Part shown: positions 1 to 9,852 of the stretch, one piece after another
Position numbering within the stretch: the first letter of the stretch is position 1
How the letters are laid out: each line of letters starts with the position of its first letter
IMG/VR virus record: IMGVR_UViG_3300009161_000023
Coordinates: 64,001 to 128,000 of that record
Origin: a virus
Strand: one strand, 5' to 3'
Length of the DNA stretch: 64,000 bases
Notes under the pieces: generated by a model
Databases searched by the model: none
Seen by the model: only the letters and a program-made list of their open reading frames with translations
Told to the model about the DNA's origin: nothing
Program-made: the position numbers and the translations under genes

Positions 1-198
1 ACGATAATTTATTTCTACAGAATATCTTGTGTGCTCAATTGATTCTGTTATAATATTATTGTTTTCTTTTAAAATATTTGAAAAATATTCTTTGCAAATA
101 GAAGTAAAGCCTTCTAAATCTTCTTGATTTATATCTTTAACATTATCAAAAAGATCAGAAAAAACTTCTTGTTTATATTGTTTGTAATTTTTCATCAT
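1..198 (-). CDS. Hypothetical protein, 5' part only (runs off the left edge); capsid-targeting-like N-terminus
   Basis: Not in the ORF track. Manual translation from ATG at 198 gives MMKNYKQYKQEVFSDLFDNVKDINQEDLEGF...SVEINYR, 66 open codons to position 1; divergent from the GT2 gene. Confidence 0.6.
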   Translation of the reverse strand, partial: MMKNYKQYKQEVFSDLFDNVKDINQEDLEGFTSICKEYFSNILKENNNIITESIEHTRYSVEINYR

Positions 199-247
199 AA
201 TTTATTTATTGTTAGAACTAAAATATAATAGATAAAAAGGAGAAAAT

Positions 248-1087
248 TTGAGTAAAAAATTAACAATAGGATTTGCTTGCTACGATGATGTAGAAGGAGC
301 ATTTTTTACAATTGGAGCTTTAAAGCTTTATCACAATAAACATGAAAAAGATATTGAAATATTAGTAATTGATGATTTACCTAATAAAACAGAAGGCCTT
401 CAAGGATTATGTGATATATCAGGAGCAAGATATGTTCATGCTTCTGTAAATAAAGGACCAGCAAGAGCTAAGAATAATGTTTTTCATTATGCAGAAGGTG
501 AATATGTATTATTGCTAGATAGTCATGTTTTATTATGCGAAAATGCAGTTGATAATATTTTTGATGGTATTTTTTATGATTTAATAAAAAAAGATATGTG
601 GGTAGGCCCTTTGATAAATGAAAGAGGTAATATTATAGCTACTCATTTAGATCCAAAATGGCGTGGAGCATTTTATGGAACATGGGGAGTAGATGATGAA
701 ATTGCTAAAGGAACAATGAAAGAAGTCGTAATGCATGGGGCTGCATTTATGCTAATGAAAAAAGAACATTGGCCAAAATTCTCTTCTAATTTTGAGGGTT
801 TTGCTGGAGAAGAAGGTTATATTCATGAGAAAGTTAGAATGAATGGCGGTAAAGTAATTTGTAATCCAAGATTAAAATGGATGCATAGATTCGTAAGAGG
901 AAAACCTATTACTTTTAAACTTGATAATACAGATAGAGTTTATAATTTTTTAATTGCATTTCATGAAATAAAATATGATGTAAATGAAGTAATTTCTTTC
1001 TTTAGAAAAGATGAAATGGCTGAAGATATTATTCAAAAAGCAATTGAAAGAGCAGTAAAAGTTTATCCAAATATGTTTAATAAATAA
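248..1087 (+). CDS. Glycosyltransferase family 2 (GT-A fold)
   Basis: TIGFACYD, ILVIDD, NKGPARAKN, VLLLDSH (DxD-equivalent), FEGFAGEE motifs; TTG start with AAAGGAG SD. Confidence 0.85.
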   Translation: MSKKLTIGFACYDDVEGAFFTIGALKLYHNKHEKDIEILVIDDLPNKTEGLQGLCDISGARYVHASVNKGPARAKNNVFHYAEGEYVLLLDSHVLLCENAVDNIFDGIFYDLIKKDMWVGPLINERGNIIATHLDPKWRGAFYGTWGVDDEIAKGTMKEVVMHGAAFMLMKKEHWPKFSSNFEGFAGEEGYIHEKVRMNGGKVICNPRLKWMHRFVRGKPITFKLDNTDRVYNFLIAFHEIKYDVNEVISFFRKDEMAEDIIQKAIERAVKVYPNMFNK

Positions 1088-1122
1088 TACATACAATTAA
1101 ATTATATTAATGGGAGAATATT

Positions 1123-1569
1123 ATGGCTGATTTAACTTTGGGTCAAAATAACATTTCTGTGGTAGTTAGTGATACCACTGGAAACATGGCTATAGTTAAT
1201 ACAGGTGGTGATTCTGGTAATTCTTTGACAACATTTGAAAGTTCCCGAGGTCAAAAATTAGCATCTGACTCTATACCAGTTGTTATATGTAATGAACAAG
1301 CAATACAAAGTTATTTTATAACAGACCAAATAACAGTTGGATTATCAGTTGTACAACTTTCTTCAAATATAATTGAAAATTCAATTAATATAAAAGCAAG
1401 TAATTCAAACAATGGAAATATTTACATTGGCAATTCAAATTCATTGACAATATCAAATGGATATGAATTAGTTGCAGGCGAAAGCATTACCTTACCTATA
1501 ATTAATTCAAATTTAATATATTTAATAGCAAATTTAGATAGTCAAAAAGTTTCTTTTATAGGTTCTTAA
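1123..1569 (+). CDS. Putative beta-rich virion structural protein
   Basis: Ser/Asn/Gly-rich; C-terminal IKASNSNNGNIYIG...GYELVAGESITLPI is typical of small phage beta-sandwich proteins; GGGAG SD. Confidence 0.5.
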   Translation: MADLTLGQNNISVVVSDTTGNMAIVNTGGDSGNSLTTFESSRGQKLASDSIPVVICNEQAIQSYFITDQITVGLSVVQLSSNIIENSINIKASNSNNGNIYIGNSNSLTISNGYELVAGESITLPIINSNLIYLIANLDSQKVSFIGS

Positions 1570-2395
1570 ATTTAAGAACAGCATTAAACTTTCTTATATT
1601 AAATAATTTTTTCATTAAAGCATCAACTTCTTTAATGTCATCTAATATTTTCTTAGTAAGATTATCTATATCTTTTTGCAATTTAGAATTTTCTTTTTTA
1701 ATTTTATTAATTTTTGTTTGCAGTTTACCAATGCAAGATTGGTTTCCATTGCATTGTGATAATGCATTATTTAAATTGTTTAAATTAGTAGCGTTAGCTT
1801 CAAATTTGGCACCTACATTAAACTTATCAATTTTTGTATTTATTATAGATTCTAAAAGCTTAGTTAATTTATTAAGACTTCCTCCTAAATTATTTTGATC
1901 GTTACGGTCTAGATTTTTTATAAAATCATCTATATTTGTTTGTAAACATTTATTGTCATTGCAATCTCTTAATTTTGAAATAACTGCATTAACTTTACTT
2001 ATGGTTTTAGATTTATTAACATTTCTAATTTTATTCATACCACCACCCATACCACCCATACCACTCCTACCACCACCCATACCACCGCCCATACCCATGC
2101 CCATACCACCGCCCATACCACCGCCCATACCACCGCCCATACCACCGCCCATGCCCATGCCTCCCATACCATTCATGCCACCGCCCATACCACCGCCCAT
2201 GCCCATGCCTCCCATACCATTCATGCCACCGCCCATACCACCACCGCCACCGCCACTACCGCCACTACCGCCACTACCGCCTCTGCCAGCTTTACCATTA
2301 GAGGCAACGCCCCCATGTTTAATCGTGTAATGAATCATGCCAACATTATTTGTGTTTTTTAAATTTTTTAATTTTTCAATCTTTTTATTATTCAT
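1556..2395 (-). CDS. Gly/Met-rich low-complexity protein with a helical Cys-paired C-terminal domain
   Basis: AAAGGA SD; about 90 aa of GGS/GGGM repeats, then a coiled/helical region with CNDNKC and CNGNQSC. Confidence 0.75.
   Translation of the reverse strand: MNNKKIEKLKNLKNTNNVGMIHYTIKHGGVASNGKAGRGGSGGSGGSGGGGGGMGGGMNGMGGMGMGGGMGGGMNGMGGMGMGGGMGGGMGGGMGGGMGMGMGGGMGGGRSGMGGMGGGMNKIRNVNKSKTISKVNAVISKLRDCNDNKCLQTNIDDFIKNLDRNDQNNLGGSLNKLTKLLESIINTKIDKFNVGAKFEANATNLNNLNNALSQCNGNQSCIGKLQTKINKIKKENSKLQKDIDNLTKKILDDIKEVDALMKKLFNIRKFNAVLKFKNL
2040..2290. repeat. GC-rich coding microsatellite (GGGM/GMGM units)
   Basis: Runs of ccaccgcccata/ccaccgcccatg, a local GC island in AT-rich DNA. Confidence 0.9.
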
Positions 2396-2437
2396 GATTT
2401 TCCTTTTTAAAGTTTATTATACAAAGCAATCAAGAAA

Positions 2438-3340
2438 CTACCCCCAAGTAGGTCCAAGTACATCACCAAATCTTGTTAAAAGTCTTTCTTCCCAGTCTTT
2501 TTTCTCTTGTAATCCTTCTGCAAGAATTGTGTCTCCATCTAGTGTTATTCCTCCGTTAGGCCCTGGAGGATTTTTTATTTTACTTCTAATTCTACCTAAC
2601 ATAATTTTTGCAAATGCTATAGCTCCTTCTTGCATAGCTTGAGTGACACGATTCCAATCTTTATTTTTTTGAATATAATCAACTATAACACTGTTGCTTC
2701 TCATTGGAATTGGATAAATTTTAATAGTATCATAACTTCCATACCATTCCCAACCACCTGTATTACTTGCTATATTAGAATACATTTGTTCATATTGTTT
2801 ATAAAGAACCCATTCTCCCATATGCCCCCAAATAGGTTGTAATGGATCAATCATGCCACCTTGAATAGAATTGTATGCACCGCCTGGATAAAAATACTCT
2901 ATTGGTATTGCTCCGCCTAAATCGCTAGCAGAAAAATTAAAACTTGGAACATCTTTATAAGAAACTTGTCTGATATATCCTACTTCTGGAGGCATTTTAT
3001 AAATGCTTTTACCAGGAGTAGTATTAAAAACATAGAATTGGAAGTATTCTCTTGGAGCGTAATCTTCTAAAACTTGCAAAGAAAGATCTACACATGCATC
3101 TAATTGTTGTTGATCTAATTCAATTTGAATAACAGGAGCACCTAGCATTAGAAGCACATAATCTTTTATTTGTTCAATAACTTTGCTTCTATTTTTTCTT
3201 GATCCTAATTCATTTTTACATAAAGGATCAGAAACTCCTAAATTTGAATTTGAAGAATCTGTGCATTTATAATTAGCATTAGATTGATTTGATCTAGAAA
3301 AATACATCATATTATTGTTAATCATATTAATATATATCAT
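2438..3340 (-). CDS. gp13: Neck / head-tail adaptor protein, T4 gp13-like
   Basis: LLMLGAPVIQIELDQQQLDACVD...LEDY and AKIMLGRIRSK...GPNGGITLDGDTILAEG match gp13-family motifs. True start may be 3325 or 3310. Confidence 0.85.
   Translation of the reverse strand: MIYINMINNNMMYFSRSNQSNANYKCTDSSNSNLGVSDPLCKNELGSRKNRSKVIEQIKDYVLLMLGAPVIQIELDQQQLDACVDLSLQVLEDYAPREYFQFYVFNTTPGKSIYKMPPEVGYIRQVSYKDVPSFNFSASDLGGAIPIEYFYPGGAYNSIQGGMIDPLQPIWGHMGEWVLYKQYEQMYSNIASNTGGWEWYGSYDTIKIYPIPMRSNSVIVDYIQKNKDWNRVTQAMQEGAIAFAKIMLGRIRSKIKNPPGPNGGITLDGDTILAEGLQEKKDWEERLLTRFGDVLGPTWG
3330..3337. promoter_or_regulatory. ATATATAT putative late-promoter element between divergent genes
   Basis: Same self-complementary motif recurs at several divergent junctions (see finding). 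Confidence 0.4.
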
Positions 3341-3369
3341 GCAATGTTTAAATTATTAAGAGGTTAATT

Positions 3370-6300
3370 ATGTTGAAGAAATTTTATGAGTGGAATTTTT
3401 TTATAAATGAATACAAAGATTCTAGTTATCTAGAAGAAAAAGATAATTATTATAAGAATTTGTTAAATGAAGCTACCCAAGGAAATGTTACTAAAGAAAC
3501 AATTCCTCATTTATTTTCAGATGATACTATAAAATTCTTGTATCAATTTAACCCTGATTATTGGGATCAAGCTGAATATGAAAGATATCAAATTCTTTAT
3601 GAGGCTATGGTAAAAAGACAGGCTTATTATAATGATTTTTTGCTAGAGTACATCGAAGAAGAAAAACAAAAATTAATAAAGATTTTTGATGAACAAAAAG
3701 AAATGACTAAAATCTACTTTAGTAATTCTATTACTGAAACTATTATTAATCATTGTGCTCAAAAAGCTGCTTTTGAAAAAATAAATACAGAAAAGATAAA
3801 TGATTGGTGGAATGATACTTCAGAAAATGGTGGTAGTCAATATTTAAAATCTGATTTTTCAGTTAAGGTTGGCCCTAAAAGTACTAAAACAGGAGAAGTT
3901 TTTCATGAATATAAAATTAATTTGTTTTTAAAAGAAATGATTAAAAGAATTGAAAAAGATCCTAATAGTTCTTCTGGTGCCGACTTAAGTTTTCCACAGG
4001 AATGGCATGTGATTAACTCAAGAAGTGGTAAAAACGAAACTATAAAAAGATTTGCTGGCATGTTATTACCAACGCTTATAGCAATACAGAACAATATTGT
4101 AATTTGGAAAAATTCCGTTGCTAATAATATGTTATCCACAGAAAACCCAGAACACGGTGTAACACACCATGTTACTCATTTAAAAGCAAAAAAAAGCGAA
4201 AGTCCTTTGAAGGCTGAAATAAAATACACTTCAGAAGGCAAAGAAAATATAGAATTGTATGAAATCGAAGAGGCTATTCTTACGAAAGAATTAAGAAGAC
4301 TACTTGATCGTAATAACTGGGTTTTTGAAGAAAAAGAAAATACAAAACTAATTTCAAAATTAGAAAAAGAATTAACATCATTACCAGAAGGTTCAGAGAA
4401 AACAGGAATAAAAGAAAGAATTAAAAGTTTATTAGAAAAAAAGAAAGGTGTTTATAATGCTTTTATAATTGATTTTAAAAATACATTTCCATTTGCACAA
4501 AAAGTTTTTGAAAATATAGATAGTAGTTTTAAAATTTCTGATGGTGGTAAAATAGTATTAAATAATCCTCAAATATTTTTTGATAAAATAGTTAATTTAG
4601 ATGCAGAAGATAGAAAGGCTTTATCTTATATTGGGTCACATATAGAAGGAATTAAATCAGAAAGTGATAAAAAGAAAAAGAAAGATGAAGACCCAAGAAT
4701 AAAATATAATAAAGTAATAGATGTTGCTAAAAAAGATTTTATTGATATTTTTAAAGATCAAACTTTAGCTAATAGTTTTAATAATTTAATGGTAACAAAA
4801 CAACTTTTAGATTGGGTTAGAGATAAGAATATAAAATCTTTTAATCCTATTACTAAAGAAGAAGAATATGCTGAGATAGATGAAGATGGAAATGTAAAAT
4901 TTCCAAAAGTTTACATGCCAACATTTAGCAAACATGTTACATTTACTAACAATAAAAATGGTGAAGAAGTAACAAAAGAAGTCTCGATGCCATTATTAAT
5001 AGCAGGTAAAATTTTAAAAGAAAAATCAAGAGAAGAATTATTGCAAGATGATAAAGAAGAAGATACTGGTGCTGGTATGTGGAATCCTTACCATGGAAAA
5101 TATCAAAAAAGATATTTTGATAGATCGAGAGATATCTATGCTGGTATTCAAGGGCAAGAAGATAAGATTAAAGGAGGTTTAAGACCAAATCAGAATATTG
5201 AATCCTTTGAATTTATGTGTCCTTCTGAAAATGACAAAGAAAAATTAGATAATTTTTGGAGTAGATTGAAAAAAATTATTACAGAAAACGGAAATTTATC
5301 AACAGTTAAAGTTAAAACAAGTTCTGATTTGAAAACTCTTTTAGATAAAGATGTACCAAAAGAAGATAAAAAACATTTATACCCAGAATTAATTTTTAAC
5401 TCAGGATCTTCTGGTTCTTTAAAAGAAAAGAATACCGTAATTACTGGCATAGCAGAAATAATATGGAATTATTTAAAAGTTAATATTATTGAAGATCAAA
5501 AAGCTTTGACTCCTGAAAGAATTGTTGCAGCGTCAAATTTTATCAATATTTATAATTTAATAATGTCAAAAATACTTTCTAACATTGGCGATGTTGAAAT
5601 GATGGATAAGAAATATTTGAAAAAGTTTATCATAGATAAAATGCAGCTTTTTACACAACAAAATTTAATACCTGAAAGGAAAGGAAGGGCTACTAGAAAT
5701 GAAGATCCAAAAGAAGGCGATAAATTAAAATCATTTGAAGACCCTGATAAAATTTTACAAAAAGGTTATGCAACTTACAATATAGAAAAATATGTAAATG
5801 CATTGCAACAATATGCCTTGCATTTGTGTAGAAAACCAGCTGGAGAAGATGTTATATCTTGTGGAAAATGCGTAGATCCAATTGATGGAAAATGCGAAAT
5901 ATTTATGGATGGAGAAGAGTATAAAAATGATTTGCATAAAATTTCAAGCCTTTTAAAAGAACATGATAAGGTAGTTAGAAAAGTTTATAAAAAACCTACT
6001 TCTACTTCTACTTCTGCTTCTCCTGTTATTTCACGCACTGCTATTGCTGCTCCTTCGCCAACTCTAGCACCTCCTTCATCAACACTTGCACCTCCTTCAT
6101 CAACACTTGCACCTCCTTCATCAACACTTGCACCAACGCTAGCACCAACGCTAACTCCTTCTATTTTACCTGCTGCAAAACCTGTTGCTGATTTAACTCC
6201 TGCTTTGCCTCAAGAAAAAGAATATATAATGCATATTGAAAAAGAAGTTATGGAGATATTAGTTAAAAGAATGTTATCTTCTATGGAAAACGAAAGACTT

Positions 6301-6567
6301 AAGTTAGCTCAAAAAAGATATCAAAAAATGAAAGACGCTTACGAGGATGATTATATGAGCGATGAAAAAAAAGATGAATTAATTGAAGCACATGAAAATG
6401 AATATAACGATTTAATAAAAGGTTTAGAATTTGATAAAGAATCTCTAAAATTAAAACTTTCTAAATTTAAAAATGAAATTCAGGATTTTCAAACATTTGT
6501 AAATTCTATAATTAAAACTTATAATATGAAAGACATTGAAGAAGGAATTTCAAAAGACAAGGTATAA
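3370..6567 (+). CDS. Large hypothetical protein (1065 aa), possible internal head protein
   Basis: Long Lys/Glu-rich ORF with AGAGG SD; N-terminus MLKKFYEW..FINE; Cys cluster CRKP..SCGKC..GKC; Pro/Ser/Thr linker and C-terminal coiled coil. Confidence 0.85.
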   Translation: MLKKFYEWNFFINEYKDSSYLEEKDNYYKNLLNEATQGNVTKETIPHLFSDDTIKFLYQFNPDYWDQAEYERYQILYEAMVKRQAYYNDFLLEYIEEEKQKLIKIFDEQKEMTKIYFSNSITETIINHCAQKAAFEKINTEKINDWWNDTSENGGSQYLKSDFSVKVGPKSTKTGEVFHEYKINLFLKEMIKRIEKDPNSSSGADLSFPQEWHVINSRSGKNETIKRFAGMLLPTLIAIQNNIVIWKNSVANNMLSTENPEHGVTHHVTHLKAKKSESPLKAEIKYTSEGKENIELYEIEEAILTKELRRLLDRNNWVFEEKENTKLISKLEKELTSLPEGSEKTGIKERIKSLLEKKKGVYNAFIIDFKNTFPFAQKVFENIDSSFKISDGGKIVLNNPQIFFDKIVNLDAEDRKALSYIGSHIEGIKSESDKKKKKDEDPRIKYNKVIDVAKKDFIDIFKDQTLANSFNNLMVTKQLLDWVRDKNIKSFNPITKEEEYAEIDEDGNVKFPKVYMPTFSKHVTFTNNKNGEEVTKEVSMPLLIAGKILKEKSREELLQDDKEEDTGAGMWNPYHGKYQKRYFDRSRDIYAGIQGQEDKIKGGLRPNQNIESFEFMCPSENDKEKLDNFWSRLKKIITENGNLSTVKVKTSSDLKTLLDKDVPKEDKKHLYPELIFNSGSSGSLKEKNTVITGIAEIIWNYLKVNIIEDQKALTPERIVAASNFINIYNLIMSKILSNIGDVEMMDKKYLKKFIIDKMQLFTQQNLIPERKGRATRNEDPKEGDKLKSFEDPDKILQKGYATYNIEKYVNALQQYALHLCRKPAGEDVISCGKCVDPIDGKCEIFMDGEEYKNDLHKISSLLKEHDKVVRKVYKKPTSTSTSASPVISRTAIAAPSPTLAPPSSTLAPPSSTLAPPSSTLAPTLAPTLTPSILPAAKPVADLTPALPQEKEYIMHIEKEVMEILVKRMLSSMENERLKLAQKRYQKMKDAYEDDYMSDEKKDELIEAHENEYNDLIKGLEFDKESLKLKLSKFKNEIQDFQTFVNSIIKTYNMKDIEEGISKDKV
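6067..6129. repeat. 3 x 21-nt exact tandem repeat (APPSSTL)
   Basis: gcacctccttcatcaacactt three times. Confidence 0.95.
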
Positions 6568-6572
6568 AATAA

Positions 6573-6848
6573 ATGAAAAACAATTCTTTTAATAATAATT
6601 TTGATACTCCTTTGAAAAATAAGATATTAAATGATTTTATTAAAAATTTAATTGGTAACAAAGGACTAGATCACAAAGAAATTTTAGCAAGATTGGCTAA
6701 TTTTTTAGTAATAGATAAAGACATGGAATCTTTTGCATCATTATGTAATGATATTTTTATTACTGGTTATTCAAAAGCTGTTTATCAATATAAAGAAAAA
6801 ATTGAAGAAAAAGGATTTAAGTTTAATATTACAAATCCTCAAAACTAG
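6573..6848 (+). CDS. Hypothetical protein
   Basis: 91-aa ORF 5 nt after the upstream stop, normal composition. Confidence 0.7.
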   Translation: MKNNSFNNNFDTPLKNKILNDFIKNLIGNKGLDHKEILARLANFLVIDKDMESFASLCNDIFITGYSKAVYQYKEKIEEKGFKFNITNPQN

Positions 6849-7401
6849 GTGTTATATTACTAGGACTGCAAGATAATAAAAATCCATCAAATTTTTTACT
6901 TGTACTATTTACCTTCCACCATCTTTTGTCAAAATTTTGAGGATAAAGTATAGAACCATTTCCAAGTTCTATAGCGTTAGTCCATACTTCAAAGCTTATA
7001 TCATTATTGCTTATTAAGATTGCTTCAAATTTAAATTTTTTATCATATTTTATTGTTTTCCTAATTTCTCCGTAAAGAATATCTTCATGAACTTCAATTA
7101 TGGCAGGTAGACAGTAAATGGTTATTTTTTTTACTTTTGGAACATCTTCTTCTTTTGGAACATCTTTTTCTTTTGGAATATCTTCTGGAATATCTTCTGG
7201 AATACATTCTGGAATATATTCTGGAATACATTCTGGAATATATTCTTTTTTTGGAATATCTTTTTCTTTTTTAATTAGATCATTAACTTCTTTGAAGTTC
7301 ATATTATGTAATTCAAAGTGATCCCATAATAATTGATTTTTCATATGTGGATTAGGCCCAGACAATTTATAATTACTTCCATCTTTGTTTTTGATAGCCA
7401 T
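6829..7401 (-). CDS. Neck protein gp14-like paralog with an IPE repeat insert
   Basis: N-terminus IKNKDGSNYKLSG resembles IYDNNGLPYKTSG of 9310..9843; GSILYP..RWWKV resembles GSRFHTP..NWVIV; central IPE(C/Y/D) repeats. Confidence 0.5.
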   Translation of the reverse strand: MAIKNKDGSNYKLSGPNPHMKNQLLWDHFELHNMNFKEVNDLIKKEKDIPKKEYIPECIPEYIPECIPEDIPEDIPKEKDVPKEEDVPKVKKITIYCLPAIIEVHEDILYGEIRKTIKYDKKFKFEAILISNNDISFEVWTNAIELGNGSILYPQNFDKRWWKVNSTSKKFDGFLLSCSPSNITPSFEDL

Positions 7402-7431
7402 AAATTTTAAATGTTTTAATAAGTTAAAAAC

Positions 7432-7440
7432 TATATATAT
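7432..7440. promoter_or_regulatory. TATATATAT putative late-promoter element between divergent genes
   Basis: Lies between starts at 7401 (-) and 7477 (+). Confidence 0.4.
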
Positions 7441-7476
7441 TAAAGTAGTTTTTGTTTTAAAAAAAGAAAGAATATT

Positions 7477-7878
7477 ATGGCTTTAACTGTACCTGATGTT
7501 GGAAAAGTAGAATTATTAAAATATATGCTTAAGAATTCTGTTGTGCAAAATCAAATATTGCATTTGTATTCAAATGATCCAACTATTTCTGATTTAACTG
7601 TTATATCTGATTTTACAGAAGTAATAGGATCTGGATATAATAGCATAAACATAACTGGATCAAACTGGACAGTTAATCCAACTAATACAACTGCAAGTTA
7701 CCCAGATCAAACTTTTATTTTTTCAAATGTTATATCAGCATATGGTTATTACATAACTAATACAGATGGTGATTTGTTATGGTGTGAAAGATTTACAAAC
7801 GCACCATTTACTATACCATCTTCTGGTGGACAAATTTCTATATCTTTAAATATTTCTCTAAGCGATTATTTGCCTTAA
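7477..7878 (+). CDS. Virion structural protein (tail/baseplate-associated beta protein)
   Basis: LHLYSND..FTEV..SGY..W..ASYPDQTF..YGYYI..LLWCERF pattern common in phage structural proteins. Confidence 0.6.
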   Translation: MALTVPDVGKVELLKYMLKNSVVQNQILHLYSNDPTISDLTVISDFTEVIGSGYNSINITGSNWTVNPTNTTASYPDQTFIFSNVISAYGYYITNTDGDLLWCERFTNAPFTIPSSGGQISISLNISLSDYLP

Positions 7879-7924
7879 ATAGTTTAATTGAATATTGAAT
7901 TATTTTATTTTAAGAAAGCAGGAT

Positions 7925-9277
7925 ATGGTAGATATAACTTTAGAATTTAAAACATGGTTAGAAGCACATGATTATAGATGTCCTGATAAAAGAAGGCACT
8001 TCAATAGAGTAATGGCTATTTTAAAAAAAAGTAGCTATAGAAACGAATTAAATTCTTCTATTACTCAAAATTTAAAAAATTATGTATTGGAAAATATAGA
8101 TAAAAGTTTACATTTAGACTTTTTTAAATTTGCAGAAGGTAATTTTGATTTTCCAGATTTCTGCGAGATTGTTTTAAATAATATTAGTTATAAGACTACA
8201 CTTGGAAGAGATTTTTTAGATTTTTGTGCAATGGAACCAGATGAAGTAGTTAATAATATTTATGCAATTGTTTCTGATATGCTTAATAACAAATCTGTTT
8301 TTAATAAAATGCTTAAATTAACTTTAGAAGATGAAAAAAATAATTTTATTAGCAATAAGAATGATTCACAAGCTTCATTTCTTGTTCGGAAAAAAACTGA
8401 TGGTGAAAACCATGCAAAAATGGTTTTTGATAACCAAACAAAATCTTTTTTCAAAAAATTAATTGGAAGAACTGTTTCTAGATTTATGATAAATCCTAGA
8501 GAGATGGTCAAAGGATATGATCCTTTATTTAAACAATTTTTTAAGAAGGAAGTAGAAAGTGATATGGCAGATTGGGAAAGTATAAAAGATTCATCGGTAG
8601 AAAATGAAGCTGAAGATGAAGTACCAAGCGAACAGAGACTGTTTTATTATAGCCTTTTAGAAATTGAATTAAAAGAAACAACACCAGTATTAAAATCATT
8701 AATTAACAATTCTATTTCTAGTAATTGTTTTAAAATAGAAGAAATTATTGCTTTTAAACCATATATTGGAATAAAAAGAACACCAGAAGAATTTTCTAAT
8801 TTAAAAGTTTGTTTTTACACAAGGTTTTTAAAAGATGCATTTGATAAAATTATTGCAAACGATAATATCACTGATTCAGATTTGCAAAATTATTTGAATA
8901 ATTTTGTTAATGAAATTAAAACCAAGCATTCAGGATTAGAAAAAGATCAAGTAGAAATAATTAAAAATGTTGCTAGTTATTTTTACACAAAAACAACAGC
9001 ACTAGTTTATCCTAAGCTTTTAAAGATTTTACTTGCATGTAAAGCATCAGAAATAGTTAAAAATAAAAATAGCAAACTAACTAATATTGAACCATCGTGT
9101 GGTTTATTTATGGCTTGGATTAAAAAGTATTTTACTAGCACTGGTACAAGATATGTATCAGAAGATATGAGTATTATTAAAAATAATAAATTGTTTAATA
9201 CTATCTCAAAAGCAATTATTGGCAAAGAATTGACAGGTTTTTGTCAATTCAATAAAAGCGATGATGAATTTGAATAA
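7925..9277 (+). CDS. Hypothetical protein (450 aa), capsid-targeting-like N-terminus
   Basis: ORF track starts at TTG 7895; ATG 7925 gives MVDITLEFKTWLE. Confidence 0.8.
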   Translation: MVDITLEFKTWLEAHDYRCPDKRRHFNRVMAILKKSSYRNELNSSITQNLKNYVLENIDKSLHLDFFKFAEGNFDFPDFCEIVLNNISYKTTLGRDFLDFCAMEPDEVVNNIYAIVSDMLNNKSVFNKMLKLTLEDEKNNFISNKNDSQASFLVRKKTDGENHAKMVFDNQTKSFFKKLIGRTVSRFMINPREMVKGYDPLFKQFFKKEVESDMADWESIKDSSVENEAEDEVPSEQRLFYYSLLEIELKETTPVLKSLINNSISSNCFKIEEIIAFKPYIGIKRTPEEFSNLKVCFYTRFLKDAFDKIIANDNITDSDLQNYLNNFVNEIKTKHSGLEKDQVEIIKNVASYFYTKTTALVYPKLLKILLACKASEIVKNKNSKLTNIEPSCGLFMAWIKKYFTSTGTRYVSEDMSIIKNNKLFNTISKAIIGKELTGFCQFNKSDDEFE

Positions 9278-9309
9278 AATGTAGATTTGATTTAGTTACA
9301 AGGAGAATT

Positions 9310-9843
9310 TTGATCTACGATAATAACGGATTGCCGTATAAAACTTCAGGAGAATACAAGCTATTTAACGATAACTTGCCTGAAAGAAGTTTGTTTAATC
9401 AATGGGATGCTGAATCTATTAGAATGGGTGGATCTCCCATTCAGTATTACGAAGTTTTTATTGATATGAATAGCATAGATCCTATTTATTTAGAAGCAAG
9501 AGGCAAGTTATTTAGTCAATCTTTCGTTGAATTGTATTGTTTTTACGAACCAATTCCTAGTCAAAATTTTCAATCATCTTATGGACTTGATAGTCCAGAC
9601 GAAATGATTTTTGAATTTAATTATGCAGATGTTTTGAAAAGATTAGGTTATGCACCAAAAATCGGGTCTAGATTTCACACACCTTTTTTAAACGAAAACT
9701 GGGTTATAGTTGAGAGAAAATTAGGTGAATTTAAAATGTACCAAACTACTAGATTACAATGTGTTTGTAGTAGATTCCAAGAAAGTCTTACTGATGGCTC
9801 TAATGGAACCAAGCAAGAAAATGTCGATTTTAAAATTACATAA
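9310..9843 (+). CDS. gp14: Neck / head-closure protein, T4 gp14-like
   Basis: LFNQWDAESIRMGGSPIQYY, DPIYLEAR, YGLDSPDEMIFEF; AAGGAG SD with TTG start. Confidence 0.75.
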   Translation: MIYDNNGLPYKTSGEYKLFNDNLPERSLFNQWDAESIRMGGSPIQYYEVFIDMNSIDPIYLEARGKLFSQSFVELYCFYEPIPSQNFQSSYGLDSPDEMIFEFNYADVLKRLGYAPKIGSRFHTPFLNENWVIVERKLGEFKMYQTTRLQCVCSRFQESLTDGSNGTKQENVDFKIT

Positions 9844-9852
9844 GGAGAACCA

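Noticed and set aside
1635-2642. Plus-strand ORFs, including the poly-Pro ORF 1953..2330
   Set aside because: Antisense shadows of the Gly/Met repeat gene and gp13; no SD.
7925-9277. Faint ECF-sigma-like pattern (EPDEVVNNIY...FFKKLIGRTV)
   Set aside because: Too weak to support by eye; needs an HHpred or structure search.
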